Positions 21,501 through 30,450 of a stretch of DNA of 64,000 bases are shown here, piece after piece. This DNA is from a virus, in the IMG/VR virus record IMGVR_UViG_3300027631_000014, positions 12,809 through 76,808 of that record; one strand, written 5' to 3'. The translations under genes and the position numbers were made by a program. The notes under the pieces were generated by a model, which ran no database searches, had not been told where the DNA came from, and saw nothing but the letters and a program-made list of their open reading frames with translations. How positions within the stretch are numbered: the stretch's first letter is position 1; every line of letters starts with the position of its first letter.

Positions 21501-21594
21501 TAACGGAATGGATTCTACAGGGTTATCAATTGATATCAATCAATTTTTTCCACCAAAAGGAGGAAAAATAACAGCAAAACAACCATTTTTATAA
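18541..21594 (+). CDS. Baseplate hub protein with C-terminal M23 peptidase
   Basis: Hub-like N-terminal region, Gly-rich linker, then M23 motifs HRAID, YGHM, HLH. Confidence 0.8.
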   Translation: MNILGEGFPDAIIDQVHQRQKRYGAGYTGTQRSAEELVYLNANTSWCKLVSSVDIEDIKNIVNQSLSGLPNMVGSSLAEKFVLFNGVNDDGSGDNQRSGVASSNTILGYNNAYGIGGNDFGIRPMMGIQSANIKHENRGSIRRATVKIKAFNKVQFDIIDVLYLRLGFSILLEWGHSMYYDNKGVLQTNPQNSLSSEFLTGKGQGIFTPTPGSNNLKSGTTTYLPLTYEDFLKKIASQKIKSNGNYDAMFAKVTNYHWSFLPDGSYDITLDLVSIGDVVESFKINALVDGLILNTTTTGLLDPNARDDEVIDYYASKNSIGTFFSNTLLNGTRTQIGGNGLSIPSAITITSNEISTGKIDALVITYNSSINFKLYVRLGTLLQFFQQKLMYQIIVGSISSPMLKFDYDEQSNIMYVNDIQVSVDPNVCVINRTINISGTDYSFAPDAEPFEGTLLGPSYGQIMNIYVNMKWILLKMDELKDASSNKVVLIDLLNNILSAINSSLGGVNALEATIDDTTNTVIIRDMNPLPNTKSVIEKLNGIGKSIPDKYAYFDLYGYSKDEHPVNPSIYKDPTDPRKNLGHASFIKDFNFTTEISPELSTMLTIGATANSKVVGENSTAFSKFNIGLKDRFKEEIGYLPPSIGGFNIVTAITYIDPATIAKFSAGQQQQSLIDDLALKYVQSKKVFDDYLINLSKRIYNGDAETYKDAMTSYLNYLNQLKQAIAVKLAIQRNKPLSSILPSFAPGTGFIPFNMSLTMDGLSGMKIYSKFFVDTRYLPTNYPDNAEFLIKNIEHKIENNKWFTTIESIVISKGDIDPKQLTQVVNIGGSGGGSGGGYGNGQITYPLTLQFTTPPPSTLLFSKFIFPVTGTITSKVGVRAVQNGVPGSDQHRAIDIAAPKGTPVYSSTDGVVSIIGAGGYGPNCVIIEIFPPHALPPVAQKWYIIYGHMDTSTVTVGTRVVAGQQIGTVGDKGSPGAEHLHIQIRNILNGMDSTGLSIDINQFFPPKGGKITAKQPFL

Positions 21595-21601
21595 TTAAAT
21601 T

Positions 21602-22204
21602 ATGTATTATCCTTTATCTCAAATAACCCCCAACCTAAACACTAATGGTGGAGAATTTGTTTATGTAAGTACCAAACAAAATTATAGAGGAGATTATTTT
21701 AAAACTTCTAAAGGAGAATACTTTACAGGTAAAACACCTCAAGATGGACCAAATGAATTATTAATATTAGCACCATTAGAAGGAATACAAATTACCTCTC
21801 AAAACGATAATGTTTCTTTTGTTAATATGGATGATTTTGAAGTTAATAATTATGTTATTGTTTCTAAACAATCCACAATAGCACCTTCATCCCCAACCTA
21901 CTCTCCAAATATCCCTACTCAACAAGATTATCAAATAGGAGAATATAGAAGATATTTTTGTAAAAAAACAAACGAACTTATATATTTAGAAATAAATAAA
22001 GATACGTATGATAAATTAGTAGGACAAGATTCTACAATACTATATCAACTATATCAACCATTTAATTTGTCTTGGCAATTAACAGGAGACATAGAGCAAG
22101 TATATAGAATAAATAAAAATATAACTGAATTAGCAATCAAAAATCAAAAACTACTAATGCTTTCAGAATACTTAAAAATGGATTTTACTAAATATTATCA
22201 ATAA
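21602..22204 (+). CDS. Hypothetical baseplate-region protein
   Basis: 200 aa; MYYPLSQI..., PTQQDYQIGEYRRYF; last gene of the structural block. Confidence 0.55.
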   Translation: MYYPLSQITPNLNTNGGEFVYVSTKQNYRGDYFKTSKGEYFTGKTPQDGPNELLILAPLEGIQITSQNDNVSFVNMDDFEVNNYVIVSKQSTIAPSSPTYSPNIPTQQDYQIGEYRRYFCKKTNELIYLEINKDTYDKLVGQDSTILYQLYQPFNLSWQLTGDIEQVYRINKNITELAIKNQKLLMLSEYLKMDFTKYYQ

Positions 22205-22210
22205 AGACAT

Positions 22211-22276
22211 ACGGATTAGGACCGTTATAGCTGCGGCTATGAAAGCACCCGACGACTCGCTATCTAGGGTGCTTTT
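22211..22276 (+). ncRNA. GC-rich three-hairpin structured element (candidate ncRNA plus terminator)
   Basis: acgg/ccgt hairpin; tatagc-TGCG-gctatg hairpin (cUNCGg tetraloop); aaagcaccc/gggtgcttt hairpin followed by T-rich sequence. Confidence 0.5.
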
Positions 22277-22288
22277 ACTTTCCTTAAA

Positions 22289-22320
22289 TTAGGCTACTAA
22301 AAATATATTTAGTATATTTA
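22289..22320 (+). promoter_or_regulatory. Early/middle-type promoter TTAGG-N19-TATATTTA
   Basis: One of ten copies with an identical 19-nt spacer. Confidence 0.75.
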
Positions 22321-22336
22321 ATCAAAAATAAAGGTT

Positions 22337-23626
22337 ATGTTTTATATTGTCGAAACCGACGAACAATTAAATGAATTATTTGACAAAGACTATGATAAAG
22401 TTTTTGTTGAACCTATTTATTATAATGACAACATACATCCATCACTAAATCATATATCTTTACTGTATATAAAGCCATTAAACAACGATAAAGGCTATAT
22501 GGTGTGTATTCATCATACTGAGGCATTAGAGCTGAATAAAACGCCTATAAACCGTTTATTGGCGTCATTTACTGAAGTATATGTACGTGATAGAAAGTCA
22601 TTTATATATCGTTTTCCATTAAAAAATATTATAGATATTTCATTTGGTGCTCCTGAATATGCTGAATTAACAACCCAAACACATGATTTTTTCTATCAAA
22701 AACATGGTGATGTTGAAGATATAAATACCATTATCCCATTGGTTAAACATTATGAAAGGTGTGAATTGGTATTTAATAAGGTAAAAGAGTATTGTGTTAA
22801 ATTTGACAATACAAAGTTTCATAATAAATTAACAAGTGTATTTTTTGCAATTGAAAGAAACGGAATTAAAATAAATAAAGATGTATTTAATGAATTTTTT
22901 AAACCAAACACTGAGTTATACTCTATTCAAGATAGTAAAGTATATACCCAATATAACTTATATACTACAACCGGAAGGCCTTCCAATAGCTTTAACGGCA
23001 TCAATTTTGCAGCATTGAAAAAAGAGGATGGATGTAGAGAAGCATTTATACCAGAAAATGATTGCTTTATTGAAATAGATATAAGTGCTTACCACCCAAC
23101 ATTAGCAGCACATTTAGTAAAATATGATTTTGGAGATGAAACACCATATCAATACTTTGCTAAAGAAGCTGAAATTGAAGTAGATGAAGCAAAAATACTA
23201 ATGTTTAGACAGTTATATGGAGGAATATATAAAGAATATCAACATATAGAATACTTTCAACTAATTCAAAAACATACAGATAAGTTATGGAAGGACTTTA
23301 AAACGAATGGTTTTATCGAATGCCCAATTTCAGGACATAAATTTAAAAACAACATAAAAGATATCAATCCTCAAAAACTATTTAACTATACATTACAAAA
23401 TTTAGAAACATCAACAAATGTACTGATATTGTGGGATATCATGATGTTATTAAAAGGTAAAAAAACAAAAATAGTATTATACATATACGATGCTCTTCTA
23501 TTTGATATAGATAAAGATGAAGAAAAAGAATTAATGAATAAAATATTAAACATATACTATAAATATAATTTACGAGTTACTAGTAAAAAAGGAATAAATT
23601 ATAAAGATATTAAAATTATCAAGTAA
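22337..23626 (+). CDS. Minimal family A DNA polymerase-like protein
   Basis: TTTGRPS, motif A DISAYHP, motif B K..F..LYG, motif C YIYDALLFD; only 429 aa. Confidence 0.8.
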   Translation: MFYIVETDEQLNELFDKDYDKVFVEPIYYNDNIHPSLNHISLLYIKPLNNDKGYMVCIHHTEALELNKTPINRLLASFTEVYVRDRKSFIYRFPLKNIIDISFGAPEYAELTTQTHDFFYQKHGDVEDINTIIPLVKHYERCELVFNKVKEYCVKFDNTKFHNKLTSVFFAIERNGIKINKDVFNEFFKPNTELYSIQDSKVYTQYNLYTTTGRPSNSFNGINFAALKKEDGCREAFIPENDCFIEIDISAYHPTLAAHLVKYDFGDETPYQYFAKEAEIEVDEAKILMFRQLYGGIYKEYQHIEYFQLIQKHTDKLWKDFKTNGFIECPISGHKFKNNIKDINPQKLFNYTLQNLETSTNVLILWDIMMLLKGKKTKIVLYIYDALLFDIDKDEEKELMNKILNIYYKYNLRVTSKKGINYKDIKIIK

Positions 23627-23674
23627 TAAGGTGTCATATTTTTTATTTTATAATATTTATAATAAAATATAGGT

Positions 23675-24442
23675 ATGAAAACATGTATAAAATGTAATAA
23701 AGAATTAGATGAATCTAATTTTTATACAAAAGGTGGAAAAAATAAAGATAAAGGATATCAAAGTAAATGTAAAATTTGTTTTAATAGTAATACAAAAGAA
23801 TATTATACACAAAATAAAATACAATTATCTGAAAAGCAAAAAAACAACTATAATATAGATAAAGAAAAATATTTAAAAAGAATAAAACAATATAGTAAAA
23901 GTGAATTAGGTAAAAAAACAATACAAAAATATTATCAAATCCACAGAACAGAATTAAATAAAAAAGTTAAAAATAATAATAAGAATAGATATAAAACTGA
24001 TTTAGAATATAATAAGTATATTAAAAATAAAGCTAAAGAATGGGAACAAAGCAATAAAATTAAGAAAAATGAAAGACAAAAAAATAGATATAAAACTGAT
24101 ACTATTTTTAGATTAAAATTATTGTTAAGAAACAGATTAAATCAAGCATTATGTGGTAATATGAAATTAACTACTACCCTAAAGCTTTTAGGTTGTACAA
24201 TTGAAGAATTTAAATTATATTTAGAACAACAATTTAAACCTGAAATGACTTGGGAAAATCACGGAGAAATATGGGAAATAGATCATATTAAACCATGCGC
24301 TTCTTTTAACTTAATAGATTCTAAACAACAACAAGAGTGTTTTAACTATAAAAATACTCAACCTCTATTTAAAACAACCGAGATAGCCGTAAGTTTTGGA
24401 TATATTAACGAGATAGGAAATAGAGATAAATCAATAAACTAA
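23675..24442 (+). CDS. HNH homing endonuclease
   Basis: N-terminal CxxC...CxxC, Lys-rich helix, MTWENHG.WEIDHIKPCASF...CFNY.NTQPL. Confidence 0.85.
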   Translation: MKTCIKCNKELDESNFYTKGGKNKDKGYQSKCKICFNSNTKEYYTQNKIQLSEKQKNNYNIDKEKYLKRIKQYSKSELGKKTIQKYYQIHRTELNKKVKNNNKNRYKTDLEYNKYIKNKAKEWEQSNKIKKNERQKNRYKTDTIFRLKLLLRNRLNQALCGNMKLTTTLKLLGCTIEEFKLYLEQQFKPEMTWENHGEIWEIDHIKPCASFNLIDSKQQQECFNYKNTQPLFKTTEIAVSFGYINEIGNRDKSIN

Positions 24443-24448
24443 CTTAAA

Positions 24449-24901
24449 ATGAATTTAAATCTCGTTTCAACAGATGTCTTCAATATGTATGATTATATTA
24501 CTGATGGTGACTTTATGAACAACAGGCTATATGCTACATTTACACAGCATGACTCTTTAGATGAATTAATTTTTAGTTTATCAACTACATATACAATAAT
24601 GTATAAAAAAATGTTTGTGCTTTTTGTTAAGAGTACAAATGAATATGTAGTTACATACAATGTAGAGCAAGGCAACGTCAGTATAATTCCAGCTAATACA
24701 ATATTAGTACATCGTAAAAAAGAATCAAATACTTTATATACAATCAACGCACTTAACGATTTAATTAAGAAATTAAATGGTGGTGTAGTTGATCCATCTT
24801 ATCGAATAGATTGGCAACATTATAAAAATTGTGTTCTTTTAACTCAACAAGGAGAAATCAAACAACTTAATACAAAGATATTTAAAATAGTAGATCTTTA
24901 A
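24449..24901 (+). CDS. Hypothetical replication-module protein
   Basis: NTILVHRKKESNTLYTINALN; between PolA-like/HNH and SSB. Confidence 0.6.
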   Translation: MNLNLVSTDVFNMYDYITDGDFMNNRLYATFTQHDSLDELIFSLSTTYTIMYKKMFVLFVKSTNEYVVTYNVEQGNVSIIPANTILVHRKKESNTLYTINALNDLIKKLNGGVVDPSYRIDWQHYKNCVLLTQQGEIKQLNTKIFKIVDL

Positions 24902-24969
24902 CATATTTATAACATATAACTAGTACAACACTACAAATAAAAAGGCATTCGAGAGCTTTAATAGCTAAA

Positions 24970-25001
24970 TTTGGCCTACGAAAAAACAAGTAGTATATTT
25001 A
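24970..25001 (+). promoter_or_regulatory. Promoter TTTGG-N19-TATATTTA
   Basis: Exact motif and spacing, upstream of SSB. Confidence 0.75.
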
Positions 25002-25029
25002 AATAGTAACCAATAAAATAAAATAGAAG

Positions 25030-25896
25030 ATGGATTTAAAATCAATCAAAAACAAACTGAGTGCCTTACAGACATCCGGGCAGAAAAAAGAAAAAGTAGA
25101 TTATTCAAAATATCTATGGAAACCAAAACAAGAAGGTAAGTATCAAATTAGAATTGTACCATCTAAATTAAACAAAAACAATCCATTTAGGGAGATATTT
25201 GTTCATTATGGTATGACTAAATTCCCAACATACGCCTTAACCAATTGGGGTGAAAAGGATCCAATTGTAGAATTCGTAAAACAATTACGTACAACCAGTG
25301 ATAAAGAAAACTGGAAATTATCTAAAAAATTAGAACCAAAAATGCGTATTTTTGCTCCTGTAATCGTTAGAGGTGAGGAAGACAAAGGTGTTCGTTTATG
25401 GGAATTTGGTAAAGAAATTTACATGCAATTATTAGGTATCGCTGATGATGAAGATTATGGTGACTACACTGATATGAATGAAGGTCGTGATTTTACTGTT
25501 GAAGCAGTAATGGGTGATGTTGGTGGTCGTCAAGGCTTAAAGTCATCAATTCGTATTAAACCAAAAACATCTCCATTAAGTACTAGCAAAAATGATATTG
25601 AGTTATGGTTAGAAGAACAACCAGATATTCTTGAGATTCAAAATACCTACAAGATGACTTTTGATAAAATGAAAGAAATGCTTCAAAACTTTTTAAACCC
25701 AGAAGATGCTTCTGATGAAATAGATGAAGTTGAAGAAGAAACAACTGTTACTGCTGCTGGAGAAGATTTACCGTGGAAAGATGATAAAGAAATTGAAAAA
25801 TCTAAACCAACTAAAAACTATGAGTTAAAAGCACCAGCTGGTAAAGTATCAAAAGCAGACAAATTCGACTCTTTATTTGAAGAAGACGAAGACTAA
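25030..25896 (+). CDS. Single-stranded DNA-binding protein (gp32-like)
   Basis: WKP..G...IRIVP, VRLWEFGK, D..EGRDF, acidic C-terminal tail. Confidence 0.85.
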   Translation: MDLKSIKNKLSALQTSGQKKEKVDYSKYLWKPKQEGKYQIRIVPSKLNKNNPFREIFVHYGMTKFPTYALTNWGEKDPIVEFVKQLRTTSDKENWKLSKKLEPKMRIFAPVIVRGEEDKGVRLWEFGKEIYMQLLGIADDEDYGDYTDMNEGRDFTVEAVMGDVGGRQGLKSSIRIKPKTSPLSTSKNDIELWLEEQPDILEIQNTYKMTFDKMKEMLQNFLNPEDASDEIDEVEEETTVTAAGEDLPWKDDKEIEKSKPTKNYELKAPAGKVSKADKFDSLFEEDED

Positions 25897-25914
25897 AATT
25901 TAAAATAATTTAAA

Positions 25915-27003
25915 ATGGCTAAAACAAACGACAAAGATTCGTTAATGGAAGCAGTCTCTAAAGAACTTAAATCTAAATTTGATTTAAATAAATTTAAAGA
26001 GAAGAAATCATTAGGCGGAAATGTAAAGTTCAAAGATCAAGCATGGATTCCCTTCTCAACAGCAATGCAAGAAGCACTATCTATTCCTGGAATAGCAATG
26101 GGTCATATAAATATAGTACGTGGAGGTAGCAATACTGGAAAAACTACTACATCTATAGAGGCAGCTGTATCAGCACAAAAAATGGGTGTATTGCCTGTTC
26201 TTATTATTACTGAAATGAAACACAGCTGGGAACACTGGCAAAAGATGGGTTTCGAAATGAATGAAATAAAAGACAAAGATGGTGCTGTAATTGATTATGA
26301 TGGATTCTTTATTTATAAAGATAGAGGTAAATTAAATTCAATTGAGGATGTAGCTGATTTTATTATTGACATTTTAGATGAACAAGCAAAAGGGAACTTA
26401 CCATATGACTTATTGTTTTTATGGGACTCAGTAGGATCAATTGCTTGCAGAATGAGTATTGAACAAGGTAAAAACAACCCAATGTGGAATGCAGGAGCAA
26501 TTGCAACTCAATTTGGTAATTTTATCAATCAACGAATCATTTTATCTAGAAAAGAAGAAAGTAAATATACAAATACATTCTTAATCATTAATAAAACCGG
26601 AGTAGCTCCAGCTGAAAATATCTTCTCACAACCGAGAATGACTAATAAAGGTGGAAATACATTCTATTATGATGCTTCATTATGTTTGACTTTTGGTAAT
26701 GTTACTAATAGTGGAACATCAAAGATCAAAGCTCAAAAAGAAGGTAAAGATGTAGAGTTTGCTTTAAGAACAAAAGTAGCATGTGATAAAAATCACGTAA
26801 ACGGAATCACTACTAAAAACACAGTTATCAGTACAGTACATGGTTTCATACCTGACGATCCTAAAGAGATCACTAAATATAAAAAAGAGCATTCACATGA
26901 ATGGGCTGATATATTAGGAGAGGGAAATTACAAAACTGTAGAAGATAATAGTGAGTGGAATGAAAAAGTAGATGTCACGGACATTGTAGAATCTGAAGAC
27001 TAA
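25915..27003 (+). CDS. uvsX: RecA/UvsX-like recombinase
   Basis: Walker A GGSNTGKTT, Walker B FLWDS, KGG..FYY. Confidence 0.85.
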   Translation: MAKTNDKDSLMEAVSKELKSKFDLNKFKEKKSLGGNVKFKDQAWIPFSTAMQEALSIPGIAMGHINIVRGGSNTGKTTTSIEAAVSAQKMGVLPVLIITEMKHSWEHWQKMGFEMNEIKDKDGAVIDYDGFFIYKDRGKLNSIEDVADFIIDILDEQAKGNLPYDLLFLWDSVGSIACRMSIEQGKNNPMWNAGAIATQFGNFINQRIILSRKEESKYTNTFLIINKTGVAPAENIFSQPRMTNKGGNTFYYDASLCLTFGNVTNSGTSKIKAQKEGKDVEFALRTKVACDKNHVNGITTKNTVISTVHGFIPDDPKEITKYKKEHSHEWADILGEGNYKTVEDNSEWNEKVDVTDIVESED

Positions 27004-27007
27004 AATT

Positions 27008-28057
27008 ATGAACAATAAAGATTTACTTAAACTTCTTGATGGAATCAAAGAAGATATAGTACCAATCCCCGAAGAAACTGGAGAAAGAACTCTAATAGTA
27101 GATGGTTTAAATCTATTCTTAAGAAACTTTGCAGTATTAAATTATATAAATGCGGAAGGTACACATATAGGAGGTTTAGGTGGATTTTTACGTTCATTAG
27201 GGTCTTTAGTTAAACAATTAAAACCTACATCAATTTATATTGTATTTGATGGAGTGGGTTCTTCTATAAACAGGAAGAATTTACTCCCTGAATACAAGTC
27301 AGGAAGAAATGTTAATAGAGTTAACAAAACTTCTTTTGATAGTGTTGAAAAAGAAAACGAATCTAAAACAGACCAAATTATACACTTAATTCATTATTTA
27401 CAATGTTTACCAGTTAAAATTTTATCACAAGATGGAGTAGAAGCTGATGATATCATTGCGTTTTTAAGTAAAGAGCTTACTCAAGATAAGAAAAATAAAG
27501 TATATTTAGTATCTGCGGACAACGATTTTCTTCAATTAGTAGATGAAAATATATTAATGTATAGATCTGTAGAAAAAGAATTTGTAACGTCAAAAGATGT
27601 AAAAACAAAGTATGGAGTTCATCCTCACAACTTTCTTATCTATAAAACATTAATGGGAGATAAATCAGACAAAGTAGGTGGTGTTAAAGGATTAGGACCA
27701 AGTAAATTAGGAAAGTATTTCCCAGAAATAATGGGTTCAGAAGAATTAACTATGGACCACATTTATGATATTTGTGCTTTAAAATTTAAAGAACATGTTA
27801 TATACTGTAGAGCATTAGAAGATTTTGACAATTTAAGAAAAGCTTATAAGATTATGAATTTAAGTAATCCTATGTTGGATGAGCAAGAAAAAGAATATAT
27901 ATTTAATCAAATAAAGGAATCCCCATACGAATTAAACATTGAAACGTTTTTAAGATTCTATCATGAAGATGGATTAGGAAATGTTTTGAAAAATGTAGAT
28001 TACTGGATACGAGATAATTGGGCATTAATTGACAAATATAATAAAACAAAAAAATAA
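27008..28057 (+). CDS. 5'-3' exonuclease/flap endonuclease (T4 RNase H-like)
   Basis: IVDGLN, VFDG, YKSGR, EADDII, SADNDFLQL, GDKSD..GVKGLG. Confidence 0.92.
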   Translation: MNNKDLLKLLDGIKEDIVPIPEETGERTLIVDGLNLFLRNFAVLNYINAEGTHIGGLGGFLRSLGSLVKQLKPTSIYIVFDGVGSSINRKNLLPEYKSGRNVNRVNKTSFDSVEKENESKTDQIIHLIHYLQCLPVKILSQDGVEADDIIAFLSKELTQDKKNKVYLVSADNDFLQLVDENILMYRSVEKEFVTSKDVKTKYGVHPHNFLIYKTLMGDKSDKVGGVKGLGPSKLGKYFPEIMGSEELTMDHIYDICALKFKEHVIYCRALEDFDNLRKAYKIMNLSNPMLDEQEKEYIFNQIKESPYELNIETFLRFYHEDGLGNVLKNVDYWIRDNWALIDKYNKTKK

Positions 28058-28060
28058 GTT

Positions 28061-29437
28061 ATGACATTGAACTCTCTAGAGAATTACGGAATTGGATTCC
28101 AAACCAAAGTAATATCAGCTTTATTAACTGATAAACCATTTATACAAAATGTTAATGACATTATAACTGAAGAGTACTTTTCAAATACAGCACACAAATG
28201 GATTATTGATCAAGTAATAAAATACTACACCAAGTACCACACAAATCCAACAATGGATGTTCTTAAGGTAGAAATGAAAAGAGTTGATAATGAAGTATTA
28301 CAACTCTCTATTAAAGAACAACTAAAAGAAGCATATAGATCATCAGATGAATCTGATTTGACGTATGTTAAAGAAGAATTTACAAATTTTTGTAAAAACC
28401 AACAACTAAAAAAAGCGCTTTTAAATTCGGTTGACTTACTTAAAGCAGGTGATTATGACTCCATTAGATCATTAGTTGATAGCGCTTTACGCTCAGGTCA
28501 AGACAAAAATATTGGACATGAATATAACAAAGATGTTGAATCTCGATATATAGAAGATGATAGAAAACCTATCCCAACACCTTGGAACTTATTTAATGAA
28601 TTAATGCAAGGAGGTTTAGGTCAAGGAGATTTTGGATTAATATTTGGTAACCCAGGTGGAGGCAAATCATGGTCATTAATTGCTATGGGGGGATATGCTG
28701 TACAATTAGGTTATAATGTTATTCACTATACATTAGAATTAGGTGAAGGATATATAGGAAAACGATACGATGCGTTTTTCACTGGAATTCCTGTTGATAA
28801 ATTAAAAACTGAAAAATCACGAGTGGAAGAAGTAATTGCTGAATTACCAGGAAACTTAATTGTAAAAGAATTTTATATGGGTAAAGCCACTATTTCTACT
28901 ATAGAATCGCATATTAAAAAATGTATTGACTTAGATTTCAAACCAGATTTAATTATTATTGATTACGTTGACTTACTTTCATCAAAGAAAAAGAATCGTG
29001 AACGTAAAGATGAAATTGATGATATTTATGTAGGCACAAAAGGCCTAGCACGAGAATTAAAATTACCAATTTGGAGCGTATCTCAAGTAAATAGAGCGGG
29101 TGCTAAAGATAATATTATTGAAGGTGATAAAGCCGCAGGATCTTATGATAAGATTATGATTGCAGATATAGCAATATCTTTATCAAGACAAAAGAAAGAT
29201 AAAGTAAGTGGAACAGGTCGTTTCCATATTATGAAAAATAGATATGGGATGGATGGTATGTCATATAATGCAAAAGTAGATACATCAAACGGACATATCG
29301 AAATTTTAAATGAGATGAGTGAAGATGAAGAAGATGCGCAAATGAAATCATCCCCAAAACCAAACAGTATGGGATTAGATAACTTAGATAGAGAATATTT
29401 ACAACAACAATTTTTTAATTTAAACAAAAACAATTAA
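28061..29437 (+). CDS. dnaB: Replicative DNA helicase (DnaB/gp41-like)
   Basis: Walker A GNPGGGKS, IIIDYVD, SQVNR, MKNRYG. Confidence 0.92.
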   Translation: MTLNSLENYGIGFQTKVISALLTDKPFIQNVNDIITEEYFSNTAHKWIIDQVIKYYTKYHTNPTMDVLKVEMKRVDNEVLQLSIKEQLKEAYRSSDESDLTYVKEEFTNFCKNQQLKKALLNSVDLLKAGDYDSIRSLVDSALRSGQDKNIGHEYNKDVESRYIEDDRKPIPTPWNLFNELMQGGLGQGDFGLIFGNPGGGKSWSLIAMGGYAVQLGYNVIHYTLELGEGYIGKRYDAFFTGIPVDKLKTEKSRVEEVIAELPGNLIVKEFYMGKATISTIESHIKKCIDLDFKPDLIIIDYVDLLSSKKKNRERKDEIDDIYVGTKGLARELKLPIWSVSQVNRAGAKDNIIEGDKAAGSYDKIMIADIAISLSRQKKDKVSGTGRFHIMKNRYGMDGMSYNAKVDTSNGHIEILNEMSEDEEDAQMKSSPKPNSMGLDNLDREYLQQQFFNLNKNN

Positions 29438-29441
29438 TAAG

Positions 29442-29473
29442 TTTGGAAATTCAAAAAACCATACTTATATTTA
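29442..29473 (+). promoter_or_regulatory. Promoter TTTGG-N19-TATATTTA
   Basis: Exact motif upstream of nrdB. Confidence 0.75.
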
Positions 29474-29486
29474 TAAAAAAGAATTT

Positions 29487-30440
29487 ATGTCATTAACAGA
29501 ACCTAGGCATTTTTACAAGCCTTTTGAATACCAACAAGCTTTTGATTTTTTTAAAGACCAACATCGCAGTCACTGGCTAGCAGATGAAGTACCATTAGCA
29601 TCCGATTTAAATGATTGGAAACTTAAATTAAACGAATCAGAAAAGAATTTAATAGGTAATATATTAAAGTCATTCGCTCAAACAGAGGTTCATGTAAATG
29701 ATTACTGGTCAACTAAAGTATCACTTTGGTTTCCAAAACCTGAAGTACAAGCAATGGCTCGTGTATTTGCTGATTTTGAAAGTATACATGCTGAAGCATA
29801 TGCTCGTTTAAATGAAGAATTAGGTTTAGATGATTTTCAAGCATTTATGGAAGATGAAACATCAAAAAGCAAAATTGATCGTTTAATTGAAGTACCAGGT
29901 GAAACATTAGAAGAAAAAGCAATTTCATTAGCTATATTCTCAGCATTTACTGAAGGAGTAAATTTATTCTCTTCATTCGCTATATTAATGTCTTTTCAGT
30001 TAAGAAATTTAATGAAAGGAACAGGACAAATTGTAGAATGGAGTGTTAGAGATGAATCGTTACATTCAAAAGCTGGATGTTGGTTGTTTACAACTCTATT
30101 ACAAGAATATCCTGAATTAAATACACCTAAATTAAGAAACCACATTACTGAAGCATGTGACTTGTCAGTTCAGTTAGAATATGACTTTATTGATAAAGCA
30201 TTTGAAATGGGTGACATTGAAGGTCTAAATAAAGATCAATTGAAAGCATTCATTAAAGCAAGAGCAAATGAAAAAATGATTGAATTAGGTTATTCAAATC
30301 TTTATAACGATATTGACCCAAATTTATTAAAACAAATGGAATGGTTTGGTCATTTAACAAGTGGTAAAACACACCAAGATTTCTTTGCAGGTAGAGTTAC
30401 AAATTACGCTAAGTCAGTAGGTGACTGGTCAGATCTATAA
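29487..30440 (+). CDS. nrdB: Ribonucleotide reductase class I beta subunit
   Basis: FAQTE, ESIHAEAY, EGVNLFSSF, RDESLH, DFFAGRVTNY. Confidence 0.95.
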   Translation: MSLTEPRHFYKPFEYQQAFDFFKDQHRSHWLADEVPLASDLNDWKLKLNESEKNLIGNILKSFAQTEVHVNDYWSTKVSLWFPKPEVQAMARVFADFESIHAEAYARLNEELGLDDFQAFMEDETSKSKIDRLIEVPGETLEEKAISLAIFSAFTEGVNLFSSFAILMSFQLRNLMKGTGQIVEWSVRDESLHSKAGCWLFTTLLQEYPELNTPKLRNHITEACDLSVQLEYDFIDKAFEMGDIEGLNKDQLKAFIKARANEKMIELGYSNLYNDIDPNLLKQMEWFGHLTSGKTHQDFFAGRVTNYAKSVGDWSDL

Positions 30441-30450
30441 AAATAAAATT

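Noticed and set aside
22211-22276. Pistol or hammerhead ribozyme identity for the structured element
   Set aside because: The first hairpin loop (UUAGG) recalls pistol P1, but the complementary CCUAA pseudoknot strand and conserved core are missing, and there is no CUGANGA hammerhead core
24903-24975. Structured RNA upstream of the SSB gene
   Set aside because: Only a weak agct-N5-agct palindrome; the gap is explained by promoter motifs
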